Assembly (NCBI GenBank): GCA_963719515.1
Contig: CAVRCJ010000010.1
Coordinates: 160,001-224,000 of the forward strand
DNA length: 64,000 nucleotides
Direction: 5' to 3'
Origin: an uncultured cyanobacterium
Lineage (GTDB): Bacteria; Cyanobacteriota; Cyanobacteriia; CAKZMO01
Numbering within the stretch: position 1 is the stretch's first letter; each line of letters starts with the position of its first letter. Both the position numbers and the translations under genes were made by a program. Positions 10,041-20,661 of this stretch are shown here, in pieces. The notes beneath the pieces are model-generated. The model saw nothing but the letters and a program-made list of their open reading frames with translations. It was not told the DNA's origin and did not search any database.

Positions 10041-10736
10041 GTGATTGAACTCCAGCGCATCTCCCATTGGTTTGAGGCCTCTCGTCCCGTTTTGCGCGAC
10101 ATCACCCTCCAGCTTTGCGAGCCGCGCATCGGCATTATCGGCAGCAACGGCTCCGGTAAAAGCACCCTGGCCCGCCTCCTGAATGGGCTGATTCTCCCGG
10201 CGCGGGGGCGAGTGCTAGTAGATGGTCTCGACACCCGCAAGCAGGTGCGCTTGGTGCGCCGCCGGGTGGGGTTTGTGTTCCAGAACCCGGATAGCCAAAT
10301 TATTTTGCCCACTGTTGAAGAGGACGTCGAATTTGGGCTGAAGATTTTGAAGATTCCCCCAGCTGTTCGGCGGCAGCGGGTTAGCGATATCCTGGTCCGC
10401 TATGGCCTGGAGGTGATGCGCCATCAGCCTGTTCAGACGCTCAGCGGCGGGCAAAAGCAGCTGTTGGCGATCGCGGCTGTGATGGTGATGGAGCCGCAGT
10501 ACGTGGTGTTTGATGAGCCCACCACCCTGCTCGATCTGCGCAATCGCAACCTCGTGCAGCGGCTGCTGCGGGGTCTATCGCAGTCCATCGTAGTGGTGTC
10601 CCACGATTTAGATCTGCTGCTGGATTTTGACCGCGTCATCGTGCTGCAGTTGGGGCGAGTGGTGAAAGACGACAGGCCAGCGGCGGCGATCGCCTACTAC
10701 CGGCAGCTCATGACTGAAAGCTCTGACCCGTGCTAG
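10041..10736 (+). CDS. bioM: ECF transporter ATPase (BioM-like)
   Basis: Walker A GSNGSGKS, FQNPDSQ, LSGGQ and DEPT; GTG start at 10041 more likely than 9873. Confidence 0.85.
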   Translation: MIELQRISHWFEASRPVLRDITLQLCEPRIGIIGSNGSGKSTLARLLNGLILPARGRVLVDGLDTRKQVRLVRRRVGFVFQNPDSQIILPTVEEDVEFGLKILKIPPAVRRQRVSDILVRYGLEVMRHQPVQTLSGGQKQLLAIAAVMVMEPQYVVFDEPTTLLDLRNRNLVQRLLRGLSQSIVVVSHDLDLLLDFDRVIVLQLGRVVKDDRPAAAIAYYRQLMTESSDPC

Positions 10737-11329
10737 GGCTCTACGTTTCCCGGGCTTCCCCCATCCATCGTCTTCCCGCCGCCGTCAAGCTGCTGGCCCT
10801 GACCTGCGCGGGAATTGGCCTGTTTTGGGTGCGATCGCCCGTGGCGCTGGCGGGTGCGCTGGCCGGGGGGACAGTCTGCGTAGTCATCGCGCAGCTGCCG
10901 CCGCGGCGAGTGATTCATCAGCTGCGGCCTCTATTCCCCCTGCTGCTGTTCATTTTTCTGCTGCACGGCTGGGCCACAACTTGGGAAACCGGAGCAGTGG
11001 TAGTACTGCGCTTTGGGCTACTGGTGCTGCTAGCGACCGTCGTCAGCTTGACCACTCAGGTGACCGCCATGATGGCGGTGCTAGAGCGATCGCTGCGGCC
11101 CCTGGAGAGGGTGGGCGTTCCGGTTGCTGCCGTTACCCTGCTGCTATTGCTCACCATTCGCTTTATTCCCGTGCTGTTTGAGCAGCTGCAGGAGATTCAG
11201 GCGGCGCAGCAGGCTAGAGGCGTCTCCCGCCCGGCGCTGACGCTGTGGCTACCGCTGCTGTTGAAGACGCTGCGCCTAGCCGATCAGGTCACGGAGGCTC
11301 TAGACGCGCGCGGGTATGGGGACGGCTGA
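10730..11329 (+). CDS. bioN: ECF transporter T component (BioN-like)
   Basis: CbiQ/EcfT features: IRFIP and two ARG motifs. Confidence 0.85.
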   Translation: MLGLYVSRASPIHRLPAAVKLLALTCAGIGLFWVRSPVALAGALAGGTVCVVIAQLPPRRVIHQLRPLFPLLLFIFLLHGWATTWETGAVVVLRFGLLVLLATVVSLTTQVTAMMAVLERSLRPLERVGVPVAAVTLLLLLTIRFIPVLFEQLQEIQAAQQARGVSRPALTLWLPLLLKTLRLADQVTEALDARGYGDG

Positions 11330-11356
11330 GCGATATACTTTTGAGCGATATACTTT
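11327..11356 (+). repeat. 15-bp direct tandem duplication including the bioN stop codon
   Basis: TGAGCGATATACTTT, 2 copies. Confidence 0.85.
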
Positions 11357-11420
11357 TGGCTCTGGCAGCGCCTTTTTGGGATTCTGGCAGCACCGTTGTA
11401 AAGAGTTTGCCGTCTGGGAC

Positions 11421-11966
11421 ATGACCAACCGCGACATCGTTCATATCGCTCTATTCGCCGCTCTTGTAGCGGTGCTAGGCCTAATTCCACCCATTTTCTT
11501 TCCCTTTATTCCTGTTCCCATCACCGCGCAGACGCTGGGGGTGATGCTGGCAGGCTCGATTTTGGGGATGCGGCGGGGTGGGCTGGCGCTGCTGGTATTT
11601 TTGGGGTTGGTGGCAATGGGGCTGCCGCTGCTGTCTGGCGGGCGCGGGGGGCTGGGGGTGTTTTTGGGACCCTCCGGCGGGTTTGTGCTGTCGTATCCGC
11701 TGGCGGCGGCGGTAGTTGGCGCTTTGACCCAGAGGGTTTGGAGGCGGCTGAGCATGCCCCTCGCGTTTATGATCAACGTTATCGGCGGCATCGGCGTCAT
11801 CTACGCTCTGGGGATTCCCTGGCTGGCGATCGCCTCCGATCTGCCTCTGCTCCAAGCGGCACAAGGATCCCTAGTCTTTATTCCGGGTGATTTGGTCAAG
11901 GCGGCAATTGCGGCGGTGGCGGTAGTGACGGTGAAGCGGTCCTATCCGACCGTCAAGTCTTTTTAG
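11421..11966 (+). CDS. bioY: Biotin ECF S component BioY
   Basis: PVPITAQTLGV, GLPLLSGGRGG, GPSGGF and FIPGDLVK. Confidence 0.93.
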   Translation: MTNRDIVHIALFAALVAVLGLIPPIFFPFIPVPITAQTLGVMLAGSILGMRRGGLALLVFLGLVAMGLPLLSGGRGGLGVFLGPSGGFVLSYPLAAAVVGALTQRVWRRLSMPLAFMINVIGGIGVIYALGIPWLAIASDLPLLQAAQGSLVFIPGDLVKAAIAAVAVVTVKRSYPTVKSF

Positions 11967-11978
11967 GTTTCGCGCCCA

Positions 11979-13508
11979 ATGGGACGAATTACTGACGAAT
12001 TTGTAGAGCGGGCCATCCAGACGCCGGATAAGGCCGCTGTGGTCGTGGGCGATCGCCTCTACTCCTACGGTAGGTTTTTGAAAGAGGTCCAGCAGGTTGC
12101 GGGCTACGTTGCCCAGTTGGGGAGCGAGTCTACCGGCCTCGCACGGGACGGCCTGCCTAGGGTCGCTTTGCTGAGCGCTAACCGCATCGAGTTTATGTCC
12201 GTGTTTTTAGGAACGGCAAAGGCTGGGGGGGTGACGATGGTGCTCTCGCCCAGCTGGGGCGTGGCGCAGCTGCAGGAAGTGCTCCAGCGATGGCCCCCTG
12301 ACTGGCTGGTAGGAGAAGCGGCTTTACTCAAGCTGGACCTGTCGCCAGACCTGTCGATGCCCACGACTGCGTTGCCGGCCTTGCCGCCGGTCAATCTATC
12401 CTGGTCTCATGTGCTGACCCAGAACGCTGAGGCGATCGCCCCCGACCCCGAGTTGCCTTTCTACATTTGCTTCACCTCCGGCACCACTGGCCGGCCCAAA
12501 GGCATCGTTAAAAGTCACCGCTCCTGGCTGGCGGGGCTAACGGCTAGCCGCGCTGAATTTGGTATTGATGCCGCTGACCAAGTGTTTGTGCCGGGAGGCT
12601 TGTCCCACAGTCTGTCTCTTTACGCCGCCACAGAGGCCCTATCTGCCGGGGCGACGCTCCACCTGCTCTCCCAGGTTACCGGGGCAGCGGCAGTCTCGTG
12701 GATGCGACAGCACCCTATTACCGTCGTGGTGGCAGTGCCGACGCTGCTGCATCTGGTAGTGAAGGCGATGGCCCAGGCCCTTACGTTTCCGGCGGTGCGG
12801 CTGGTCATCTCCGGCGGTGCGAAGCTGACGGAGCACATGACCCAGGCGCTAGCGCGGGTATACCCTCAGGCCCGCATCATTGAGTACTACGGAGCGTCGG
12901 AGTTGGGGTTCGTTAGCGTTCGTAGCGGTAGGTCAGTGCCGCCCGAGTCGGTGGGCCGTCCGTTTACGGGGGTAGAGCTGTCCATACAGCGGCTGGAGGG
13001 CAGTGGGGAGGCGGCAGTAGGAGAATGCGGCTGGGTGAGCTTGCGCAGCTCGATGATTTGTTCTGGCTACTTGGAGGGGGGGGCTGCGGCTGGATTGCGA
13101 CAGCTCAACGGTTGGTGGACCGTGGGCGATCGCGGCTGGCAAGATGAGCAGGGGTACCTGTACCTGGCGGGCCGCGAGGAGATGCTGGTGTGCGCCGGGG
13201 TGAATGTCTACCCGGCTGAGGTGGAGGCCGCGCTGCTGAACCTGCCTGAGGTGGCGGCGGCGGCGGTGCTGGGGGTGAGCGACGATTGCCGGGGCGATGT
13301 GATCTATGCGGTGGTGGCCTGGGAAGGGGAGGCGCTGAGTCGGCGATCGCTGCGGCTGCGGCTGCGACCCTACCTTAATCGCTATGCCCTGCCCCGCCGA
13401 GTTTATGCGCTTCCTAAGCTGCCCCTTACCCCCAGCGGGAAGGTGGCGCGGGCTTTGCTCACTGAGCAGCTCGGGCGCGGAGAACTAACCCCTTATGAGG
13501 TGCGGTGA
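11979..13508 (+). CDS. Acyl-CoA synthetase (AMP-forming, YhfT-like)
   Basis: FTSGTTGRPKG, YGASE, TVGD and PSGK motifs. Confidence 0.9.
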   Translation: MGRITDEFVERAIQTPDKAAVVVGDRLYSYGRFLKEVQQVAGYVAQLGSESTGLARDGLPRVALLSANRIEFMSVFLGTAKAGGVTMVLSPSWGVAQLQEVLQRWPPDWLVGEAALLKLDLSPDLSMPTTALPALPPVNLSWSHVLTQNAEAIAPDPELPFYICFTSGTTGRPKGIVKSHRSWLAGLTASRAEFGIDAADQVFVPGGLSHSLSLYAATEALSAGATLHLLSQVTGAAAVSWMRQHPITVVVAVPTLLHLVVKAMAQALTFPAVRLVISGGAKLTEHMTQALARVYPQARIIEYYGASELGFVSVRSGRSVPPESVGRPFTGVELSIQRLEGSGEAAVGECGWVSLRSSMICSGYLEGGAAAGLRQLNGWWTVGDRGWQDEQGYLYLAGREEMLVCAGVNVYPAEVEAALLNLPEVAAAAVLGVSDDCRGDVIYAVVAWEGEALSRRSLRLRLRPYLNRYALPRRVYALPKLPLTPSGKVARALLTEQLGRGELTPYEVR

Positions 13509-13524
13509 TGATGGAGGTCGAGCG

Positions 13525-14705
13525 ATGTCTCTAGGAGACCCGTTGCCTACTGACCCGATTATCGTCGCTGCCCGCCGTACCCCCATTGGTCGCGTGGGGG
13601 GCAGCCTCAAAACCTTAACGGTAGAAGACTTGCTGGCTCCGGTGCTGCGATCGCTGCTGCAGGATACGGGAATTGCCTCGGAGCGGGTGAGCGACGTGGT
13701 GATTGGGAACGCTGTCGGGCCGGGGGGAAACCCGGCGCGGCTAGCGCTGCTGGCGGCGGAGTTTCCAGTCACGGTGCCCGGTCTGACGGTGGACCGGCAG
13801 TGCGGCTCCGGACTAGCGGCAATCAACCTGGCGGCGCGTTTGATTCAGGCGGGGGCGGGAGAGGTGTACGTTGCCGGGGGGGTGGAGAGCGTGAGCACCG
13901 CCCCTTGGCGGGTGGAGAAGCCCCGCTCTTTACACGAGCTGCCCCGCTTTGCCCATCGGGCGCGGTTTGCCCCTGAAGCCCTGGGTGACCCCGATATGGG
14001 GCCAGCGGCAGAGGCGATCGCTCAGACTTTCGGCATCAGCCGCGATCGCCAGGACGAGTATGCCCTGCATAGCCACCAAAAAGCGGTTCGAGCGCAGCGC
14101 GAAGGGCGCTTCGTTGCCGAAATCGTTCCTCTGGCCCTGTCTTCTACCACCGTTGTCGATACCGACGATTGCCCCCGCCCCACCCTGACGCCCCAGCGCC
14201 TGCAGCGTCTTGCCTCCCGCCTTCACCGCCAACGGCACCGTCACGGCAGGAAATGCCTGCCCTATCAATGACGGGGCAGCGGCGGCAATGATTGTGTCAC
14301 GGCGGCTGTTTGAGCAGTGGGGCATGACAGGCGGACTGCAGGTTGTGGAGGCGATCGCCGCTGGAGTTGACCCCAGTTTGCCGGGGCTAGGACCGGTGGC
14401 TGCCGTTAGGGCTCTGCTGGCCCGTCAGCCGGCGCTAAAACTTCAAGATATCGATTGGGTAGAGTTTAATGAGGCCTTTGCGGCCCAGGTGCTGGCCTGC
14501 ATGGACCAGCTGGAGCTAGACCCGAAGGCGGCTAAACGTTGACGGGGGAGCGATCGCCCTGGGCCATCCCTACGGAGCGTCGGGGGCCATTTTGGTGACG
14601 CGGCTGTTTAGCACGATGCGATCGCCTGGGTCTTTGGGATTGGCCACGATTGGCATTGGGGGAGGGCTCGGTCTCGCGACGCTGGTAAAGCGGGTCGATC
14701 GATAG
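13525..14705 (+). pseudogene. Thiolase (YhfS-like) split by two +1 frameshifts, possibly sequencing errors
   Basis: RQCGSG active Cys, NDGAAA, NEAFA and GGAIALGHPYGASG lie in three successive frames; shifts near 14208 and 14527; RBS GGAGG at 13513. Confidence 0.85.
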
Positions 14706-14814
14706 CGCCAACGCAATGGCGGGAATTTGAATGTTGATTCTGATATTGAGAAGACGGTTGGTCTGAGCGAGATCCGGCACAATAGGATTCGGCGTTTCCT
14801 CCATCCACTGCACA

Positions 14815-15558
14815 ATGACTGACAGAATCCTGATTATCGTTCATCAGCCGAGTTCTACCCCCGGACGCATCGGCCAGGTGCTGCAGGAAATGGGCTATGC
14901 CCTAGAACTTCGCTGTCCGGCGGCAGGCACGGCGCTGCCCGCTAGCGTAGAAGAATACGCCGCCGTGGTCGTCTTTGGGGGGCCGATGAGCGTCAACGAC
15001 GATCTGCCCTTCATTCAGGCCGAGCTGGCCTGGCTACCCCAGGTGCTGGCAGCTCAAAAGCCGCTCTTAGGGGTGTGTTTAGGGGCTCAGCTGCTGGCGA
15101 GAGCCCTCGGCAGTACCGTCAGCGCCCATCCTCAAAAGCGGGTAGAGATTGGCTATGCGCCGGTACGAGCGACAGAGGCGGGGCAGGCGCTGTTTGGTGA
15201 GCTATCTCACGTTTTTCAGTGGCATCACGAAGGGTTCGAGCTTCCCGAAGGCGGGACACTGCTTCTCACCGGAGATGTCTTTGCACATCAAGCCTTCCGC
15301 TACGGGCCGGGGGTTTACGGGCTGCAGTTTCACCCCGAGATGACGCGATCGCTCTTAGAGCTGTGGAATTCCAAAGCCGCTGACCAGCTAGACCTTCCGG
15401 GAGCTCAGCCCAGCGAGGCGCAGCGCGTGGCCCACCGGCTGCATCGGGAAACCGTTGAGCGCTGGCTGCGGCAATTTTTGGCCCAGTGGCTGACGGAAGG
15501 CGGGATAAAGCCCCTGCCCTACGGTTTGTTACAGTCTGGTTACCAGGCTTCTGCCTAG
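14815..15558 (+). CDS. Class I glutamine amidotransferase
   Basis: GGPMS, GVCLGAQ and QFHPE triad motifs. Confidence 0.9.
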   Translation: MTDRILIIVHQPSSTPGRIGQVLQEMGYALELRCPAAGTALPASVEEYAAVVVFGGPMSVNDDLPFIQAELAWLPQVLAAQKPLLGVCLGAQLLARALGSTVSAHPQKRVEIGYAPVRATEAGQALFGELSHVFQWHHEGFELPEGGTLLLTGDVFAHQAFRYGPGVYGLQFHPEMTRSLLELWNSKAADQLDLPGAQPSEAQRVAHRLHRETVERWLRQFLAQWLTEGGIKPLPYGLLQSGYQASA

Positions 15559-15679
15559 GTTGAGAATCGAGATAGTCTAGATCAAGCTTTATGAAAACCG
15601 GGGTTAGCGCTAACCCTTATAGGGTACAAAGGTAAAGCAAAAGGATTTAAGCCCGTCTACACGGAACGTCCATCAGTCT

Positions 15680-16738
15680 ATGACACAGTCATCGCTCAAC
15701 GTCTCAGCTCCCGCCCCAGCCTCGACAACTGCTGCGGCCCCCCCTGCTGACTCTAAGTCACGGGTCAGCGACTTTATGAAGTCGCTCCAGGATAATATCA
15801 GCCAAGCTTTGCAGGATTTGGACGGTAAAGCGACGTTTCAGCAGGACGCCTGGGATCGAGAAGAGGGCGGCGGCGGGCGATCGCGGGTCATCAAGCAGGG
15901 CAGCCTGTTTGAGCAAGGGGGCGTCAACTTTTCAGAAATCTGGGGCAAGCACCTGCCGCCCTCCATCTTGGTACAGCGGCCCGAGGCGAAGGGCCACAAG
16001 TTTTATGCCACCGGCACCTCTATGGTGCTGCATCCCCGCAACCCCCATGTGCCTACGGTCCACCTCAACTATCGCTACTTTGAGGCAGGTCCAGTGTGGT
16101 GGTTTGGCGGCGGCATCGACCTTACTCCCTACTACCCCGTAGACGAAGACGTCGTCCAGTTTCACCGCACCCTTAAGGCGGCCTGTGATGCCCATCACCC
16201 TCAGTACTACCCCACGTTCAAGCCCTGGTGTGATGAGTACTTTTATCTAAAGCATCGCGAAGAAACTCGGGGAGTAGGCGGCATTTTCTTCGATTACCAG
16301 GACGGGCGCGGGCAGCTCTATCGCGGTCCCCACCCGGACAAAGCCGCCGCAGGCCACAGCGATAAAATTGGCGAGGTTGAGCCTCGCAGCTGGGAGTCCG
16401 TGTTTGACTTCGTTCAATCGTGCGGCAACGGCTTTTTGCCAGCCTATATCCCCATCGTAGAGCGGCGGCGAGAGACCGCCTACGGCGATCGCGAGCGTCA
16501 GTTTCAGCTCTATCGGCGGGGACGCTACGTCGAATTTAACTTGGTGTACGACCGGGGCACAATTTTCGGGCTGCAGACCAACGGCCGGACCGAATCAATT
16601 TTGATGTCTTTACCCCCTCTGGTGCGGTGGGAATATGACTATGCCCCTGAGGCGGGAACTCCTGAGGCGCGGCTGTATGACGTATTTTTGCGGCCTCAGA
16701 ACTGGGTCGATTGGTCGTCTTCTGAGGACATGGGTTAA
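15680..16738 (+). CDS. hemF: Oxygen-dependent coproporphyrinogen III oxidase
   Basis: [20 protein letters not shown] and [10 protein letters not shown]. Confidence 0.97.
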   Translation: MTQSSLNVSAPAPASTTAAAPPADSKSRVSDFMKSLQDNISQALQDLDGKATFQQDAWDREEGGGGRSRVIKQGSLFEQGGVNFSEIWGKHLPPSILVQRPEAKGHKFYATGTSMVLHPRNPHVPTVHLNYRYFEAGPVWWFGGGIDLTPYYPVDEDVVQFHRTLKAACDAHHPQYYPTFKPWCDEYFYLKHREETRGVGGIFFDYQDGRGQLYRGPHPDKAAAGHSDKIGEVEPRSWESVFDFVQSCGNGFLPAYIPIVERRRETAYGDRERQFQLYRRGRYVEFNLVYDRGTIFGLQTNGRTESILMSLPPLVRWEYDYAPEAGTPEARLYDVFLRPQNWVDWSSSEDMG

Positions 16739-16821
16739 GCTACCTTTAGTAGTAAATAGGCGCGATCGCCTTAGACCCTAAAACGAAACTGTCAAGAGGA
16801 CGGCGTCAAGAAGCCACCGCT

Positions 16822-17169
16822 ATGGACCAAGAGACTTTGACCCTCGACGAGAATAAGCAGGTCGCTATTCTCCGTCCCTCCGGCCGGTTGGACATCACTA
16901 CGGCTTGGCAGTTTCGCCTAAAGCTTCAGGGCTGCATATCTCCAGGCTGCCCTCACGTGATTGTGAATCTAAACGACGTCAATTTCATCGATAGCTCCGG
17001 TCTGACGTCTTTGGTTGCCGGCATGCGCGACGCCGACAAAGTCAGCGGTAGCTTTCGCATTTGTAACGTTCACTCAGATGCGAAGCTTGTACTAGAGGTC
17101 ACTATGATGGACTCGGTCTTCGACATCTATCCATCTGAGGATGATGCTTTAAAGGCGATCCCAGGCTAG
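16822..17169 (+). CDS. STAS domain anti-sigma factor antagonist
   Basis: GRLD and FIDSSGL phosphorylation motif. Confidence 0.9.
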   Translation: MDQETLTLDENKQVAILRPSGRLDITTAWQFRLKLQGCISPGCPHVIVNLNDVNFIDSSGLTSLVAGMRDADKVSGSFRICNVHSDAKLVLEVTMMDSVFDIYPSEDDALKAIPG

Positions 17170-17270
17170 TTCGTTCCCGGCCTTCTCTCAGCAGTTTACG
17201 TCCCTGTTTCTTGGCAAACGGTCAGAGACAAGGGAGAATGAGGGTACGATTAACGCATCTTAACTTATCA

Positions 17271-18023
17271 GTGAATAACGTCCGTACCGTTTCAGACACC
17301 AAGCGTGCTTTCTACAGCACTCATACCCGGCCGATCAATTCAATCTATCGTCGGGTCGTTGAAGAGCTGATGGTAGAGATGCATCTGCTATCGGTGAACG
17401 TAAACTTTCACTACAACGCCATCTACGCCCTCGGCGTTGTGACGAGCTTTGACCGATTCATGTTGGGCTATCGCCCGGAGCAGGACCTAGAGTCAATTTT
17501 CCCGGCACTTTGTCAGGCTATTGAAGCGGAACCCCAACGCTATCGTCAGGATGCTCAGCAGGTTTTAGCTGACGCGGCTCAGTTGTCTTTAGATGATCTG
17601 ACTGCGTTTGGGCGCTCCGAAACCTCAGAGGCCTTGAACAACACCGCTCTGCTTGGCACTTCCCTAAAAGACGTTGCCGATACGCCTGAGTTTAAGTACA
17701 GCCGCTTGTGGGTCATTGGCCTTTATACTGTCGTTGAGACAGTGGACAGCGCTGCTGCAGAAGATGCCGCGCGCTTAAAAGAGGTTCTTGAGCCACTTTG
17801 CGAGCGACTTCACATATCCTTTGACAAGCTCCAGAAAGATTTGGATATCTATCGTTCGAATTTGGAAAAGCTAGAGCAAGCCCGAATCGTAATGGAAGAT
17901 ATTCTGAAGGCGGATCGTAAGAAAAGAGAGCAGCGCCAGCCTGAGAGTCAGTCCCAAGCCGCTGAGGAGCCCAATGAGGCACCTTCTGAGCCGCAAGATT
18001 CTAAGTCTAAGGACGAAACGTAA
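17271..18023 (+). CDS. psb29: Photosystem II biogenesis protein Psb29/Thf1
   Basis: RTVSDTKRAF..RPINSIYRRVVEELMVEMHLL; GTG start at 17271. Confidence 0.95.
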   Translation: MNNVRTVSDTKRAFYSTHTRPINSIYRRVVEELMVEMHLLSVNVNFHYNAIYALGVVTSFDRFMLGYRPEQDLESIFPALCQAIEAEPQRYRQDAQQVLADAAQLSLDDLTAFGRSETSEALNNTALLGTSLKDVADTPEFKYSRLWVIGLYTVVETVDSAAAEDAARLKEVLEPLCERLHISFDKLQKDLDIYRSNLEKLEQARIVMEDILKADRKKREQRQPESQSQAAEEPNEAPSEPQDSKSKDET

Positions 18024-18366
18024 CCGCGCTCGGCAATCAGCCGGAATTCTCTGCAAGGCTGATCCTAAAGATTGAATAAACTTGCCAAAAATGTATGGCA
18101 GCTGCCTTACCGAACGTTTACAGTGTCGTATGTATTCGTAGCTTGTGTGCTTTGTGCCGAACACTTTCGTATTGAACGTCTCTAACTTCTAGGAGTTTTG
18201 AGGGTTTGATTCTATAGCGATTGGCAGCAATCCAATAGCTTGTGGCCTTACCTCTGCTGGGCAGATGATTGAGTATAGAGAATATAAGTATAGAGATCTG
18301 CGTTGGTAAGGCTGACAAAGTTGACCAGCTATTTTAGTTATTATCATTATATTCAGGAGTTAACTG

Positions 18367-18918
18367 ATGGGTAGCGAACAGCGCGGCGTCACGGTATGGT
18401 TTACGGGATTGAGCGGCTCGGGAAAGACGACTATTCGCATCGAGCTTGAGAAAAAGCTGCGGGCCCAGGGGCTCAAGGTTGAGGTACTAGACGGTGATAT
18501 CGTCCGGCAGAATCTGACTAAAGGGTTAGGCTTCTCGAAAGAAGACCGTGATGAGAATATTCGCCGAATTGGCTTTGTCTCCCAGCTGCTGACTCGCAAC
18601 GGAGTAATCGTCTTGGTTTCGGCTATTTCTCCCTATCGGGGCATCCGGGACGAAGTGAGAGAGCGCATTGGAGACTTTGTCGAGGTCTACGCCAATGCTC
18701 CCCTATCAGTGTGTGAAGATCGGGATGTTAAAGGTCTGTATAAGCGAGCCCGCTCTGGAGAAATCAAGCAGTTTACCGGCATCTCTGACCCCTACGAGGC
18801 TCCCGAAAACCCTGAAGTCGAATGCCGCACCGACCTGGAGACTTTAGAGGAGAGCGCCAACAAGGTTCTCTCCAAGCTAGAGGAGATGGGCTACGCTCCA
18901 GTCAAGAGCGCTACTTAG
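18367..18918 (+). CDS. cysC: Adenylyl-sulfate kinase
   Basis: [15 protein letters not shown] and RDVKGLY. Confidence 0.97.
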   Translation: MGSEQRGVTVWFTGLSGSGKTTIRIELEKKLRAQGLKVEVLDGDIVRQNLTKGLGFSKEDRDENIRRIGFVSQLLTRNGVIVLVSAISPYRGIRDEVRERIGDFVEVYANAPLSVCEDRDVKGLYKRARSGEIKQFTGISDPYEAPENPEVECRTDLETLEESANKVLSKLEEMGYAPVKSAT

Positions 18919-19148
18919 TCTGTAGGCCAAGCCTGTAGGCCAAAGTGGCGCGCATGTCGCTCTTGAGCCCACTCGTTGAGAAGCTGCTACGAGCCTGCAC
19001 CCTGAATCTCTTGGCCCTTCTTCTCGCAAATTTGAGAGAAGAGGCTAGGGGATGTAGAGCTTTACTCTTCCCGAAGAGTGGGCCTTTCTGTGTCATTTGC
19101 GAAAGTGACATGGGCCCCCAAAGCGCTGCTGGGCTTCCTCTATTGAAC

Positions 19149-20513
19149 AGAATCGCGGCAGTCCCTAATCTCAGCGAAGCGGATTAGGGAAGGATAGCGC
19201 GTGAGCGTAGCGAACATAGTACGATTGTCTCAGTGCATACATCGAGTTATGGCAACACGCCGTGTAACGTATAGGCTCTACCCGACGACCCAGCAAGGGG
19301 CGATGCTGTTCGAGTGGCGGCGTCTTCATGCCTACCTGTACAACGCCTGCATAGAGCACCGCCGCACCAGCTACAAACAGCACGGGCAGTCTGTGGGCTA
19401 CATCGACCAGCAAAACCTGCTACCTGCATTCAAGGAGTGCTGGCCAGAGTACAAAGCTTTGGGCAGTCATGCTTTGCAGGCTACGGTCAAGCGAGTAGAC
19501 TTTGCGTTTCAGCGGTTCTTCAAAGGGCTAGGGAAGTATCCCAATTTCAAGTCGATACGGCTGTTCTCTGGCTGGACCTATCCGTGCGGTTCTGGCTGGA
19601 AGGCGCTAAGCGATGGCATCAATGGTTGCCTGCAGCTATCAAACTTGGGCAAGATTCGGATGCGAGGACAAGCTCGTACCTGGGGGAGACCGACAACCTG
19701 CACGATTGTCTACCGGCCAAGTGAAGGGAAGTGGTACGCCTCCATCACCGTGGCGTGCAGCCCAGAGCGCCAAACCGCTGGCGGTGCTGTCGGGATAGAC
19801 TTAGGCTGCACTAATGCGGTGTCGTTCTCAGACGGCACCAAAGAGGAAAAGCCTGAGTTTATCAAAGCGGGCGATGTCGCGGTTAAGCAGGCCTGCAAGG
19901 TGCTGCGCCGCAAACGCAGGCCCAACCGCAAGCAGGGCGTCAAAGCCTCCAACCGCTGGCGCAAAGCCAGACGCAAAGTTTCCAAGATTCAACGCAAGGT
20001 AGCCAACCAGCGAGCGGATTGGTTGCACAAGCTCACCAGCAACATAGTTAGCCGTAATAGCCTAGTCGCCGGAGAGCAGCTTAACGTCAAGGGCATGACC
20101 CGCAAGGCCCGCAAAGGCAAGCGGAAACGTCAAAAGGCCGGTCTCAATCGCTCAATCCTGTCGGTGGGGTTTGCAAGGGTTAGACCGCTGCTGTCCTACA
20201 AGGAAGCTGAGGCGGGCGGATTCTATCTGGAGTCTCCTACCCGGCAGCTCAAGCCGTCCCAGCGCTGCGCTCAGTGCTGGGAGCTGACGCCCAAGACGTT
20301 GAGCGACCGTATCCACCGATGCCAACACTGCGGCCATACCGAAGACCGCGATACCAATGCTGCTCAGGTCAATCTGATCTGGGCACGGGGGCAGGAATCT
20401 TCCCTCGCAAGCGCTGAGCCGCCTAGCTCTACCAACTGCGGAAGCATGAGGCAACTAGGGGCAATGAAGCGCACGAAACACCTAGCTCAGCGTAGCGGTT
20501 AGGTGTAGTTCAT
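19149..20513 (+). mobile_element. IS200/IS605 (IS1341-type, tnpB-only) element
   Basis: Left end CGCGGCAGTCCCTAATCTCAGCGAAGCGGATTAGGGAAGGATAG nearly identical to 4032-4075; right hairpin 20478-20506 followed by AGTTCAT. Confidence 0.9.
19249..20502 (+). CDS. tnpB: TnpB RNA-guided endonuclease, apparently intact
   Basis: RuvC D (GIDLG), E (GEQL) and D (DRD); zinc finger CAQC/CQHC. Confidence 0.93.
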   Translation: MATRRVTYRLYPTTQQGAMLFEWRRLHAYLYNACIEHRRTSYKQHGQSVGYIDQQNLLPAFKECWPEYKALGSHALQATVKRVDFAFQRFFKGLGKYPNFKSIRLFSGWTYPCGSGWKALSDGINGCLQLSNLGKIRMRGQARTWGRPTTCTIVYRPSEGKWYASITVACSPERQTAGGAVGIDLGCTNAVSFSDGTKEEKPEFIKAGDVAVKQACKVLRRKRRPNRKQGVKASNRWRKARRKVSKIQRKVANQRADWLHKLTSNIVSRNSLVAGEQLNVKGMTRKARKGKRKRQKAGLNRSILSVGFARVRPLLSYKEAEAGGFYLESPTRQLKPSQRCAQCWELTPKTLSDRIHRCQHCGHTEDRDTNAAQVNLIWARGQESSLASAEPPSSTNCGSMRQLGAMKRTKHLAQRSG

Positions 20514-20661
20514 TGAACTGGGGGCAGTCTTGCGTCGCCATAGGGAAAGGGGAAAGCTGAGGATTTCCCTACGGTAGGTAGAGCCTATGCCAAGAGGACA
20601 GTTCATCAAAGAGATCTCAAGGCGCTAAGCGTCGTTGCGCAGTTTCATCAGTTCTGCAACG

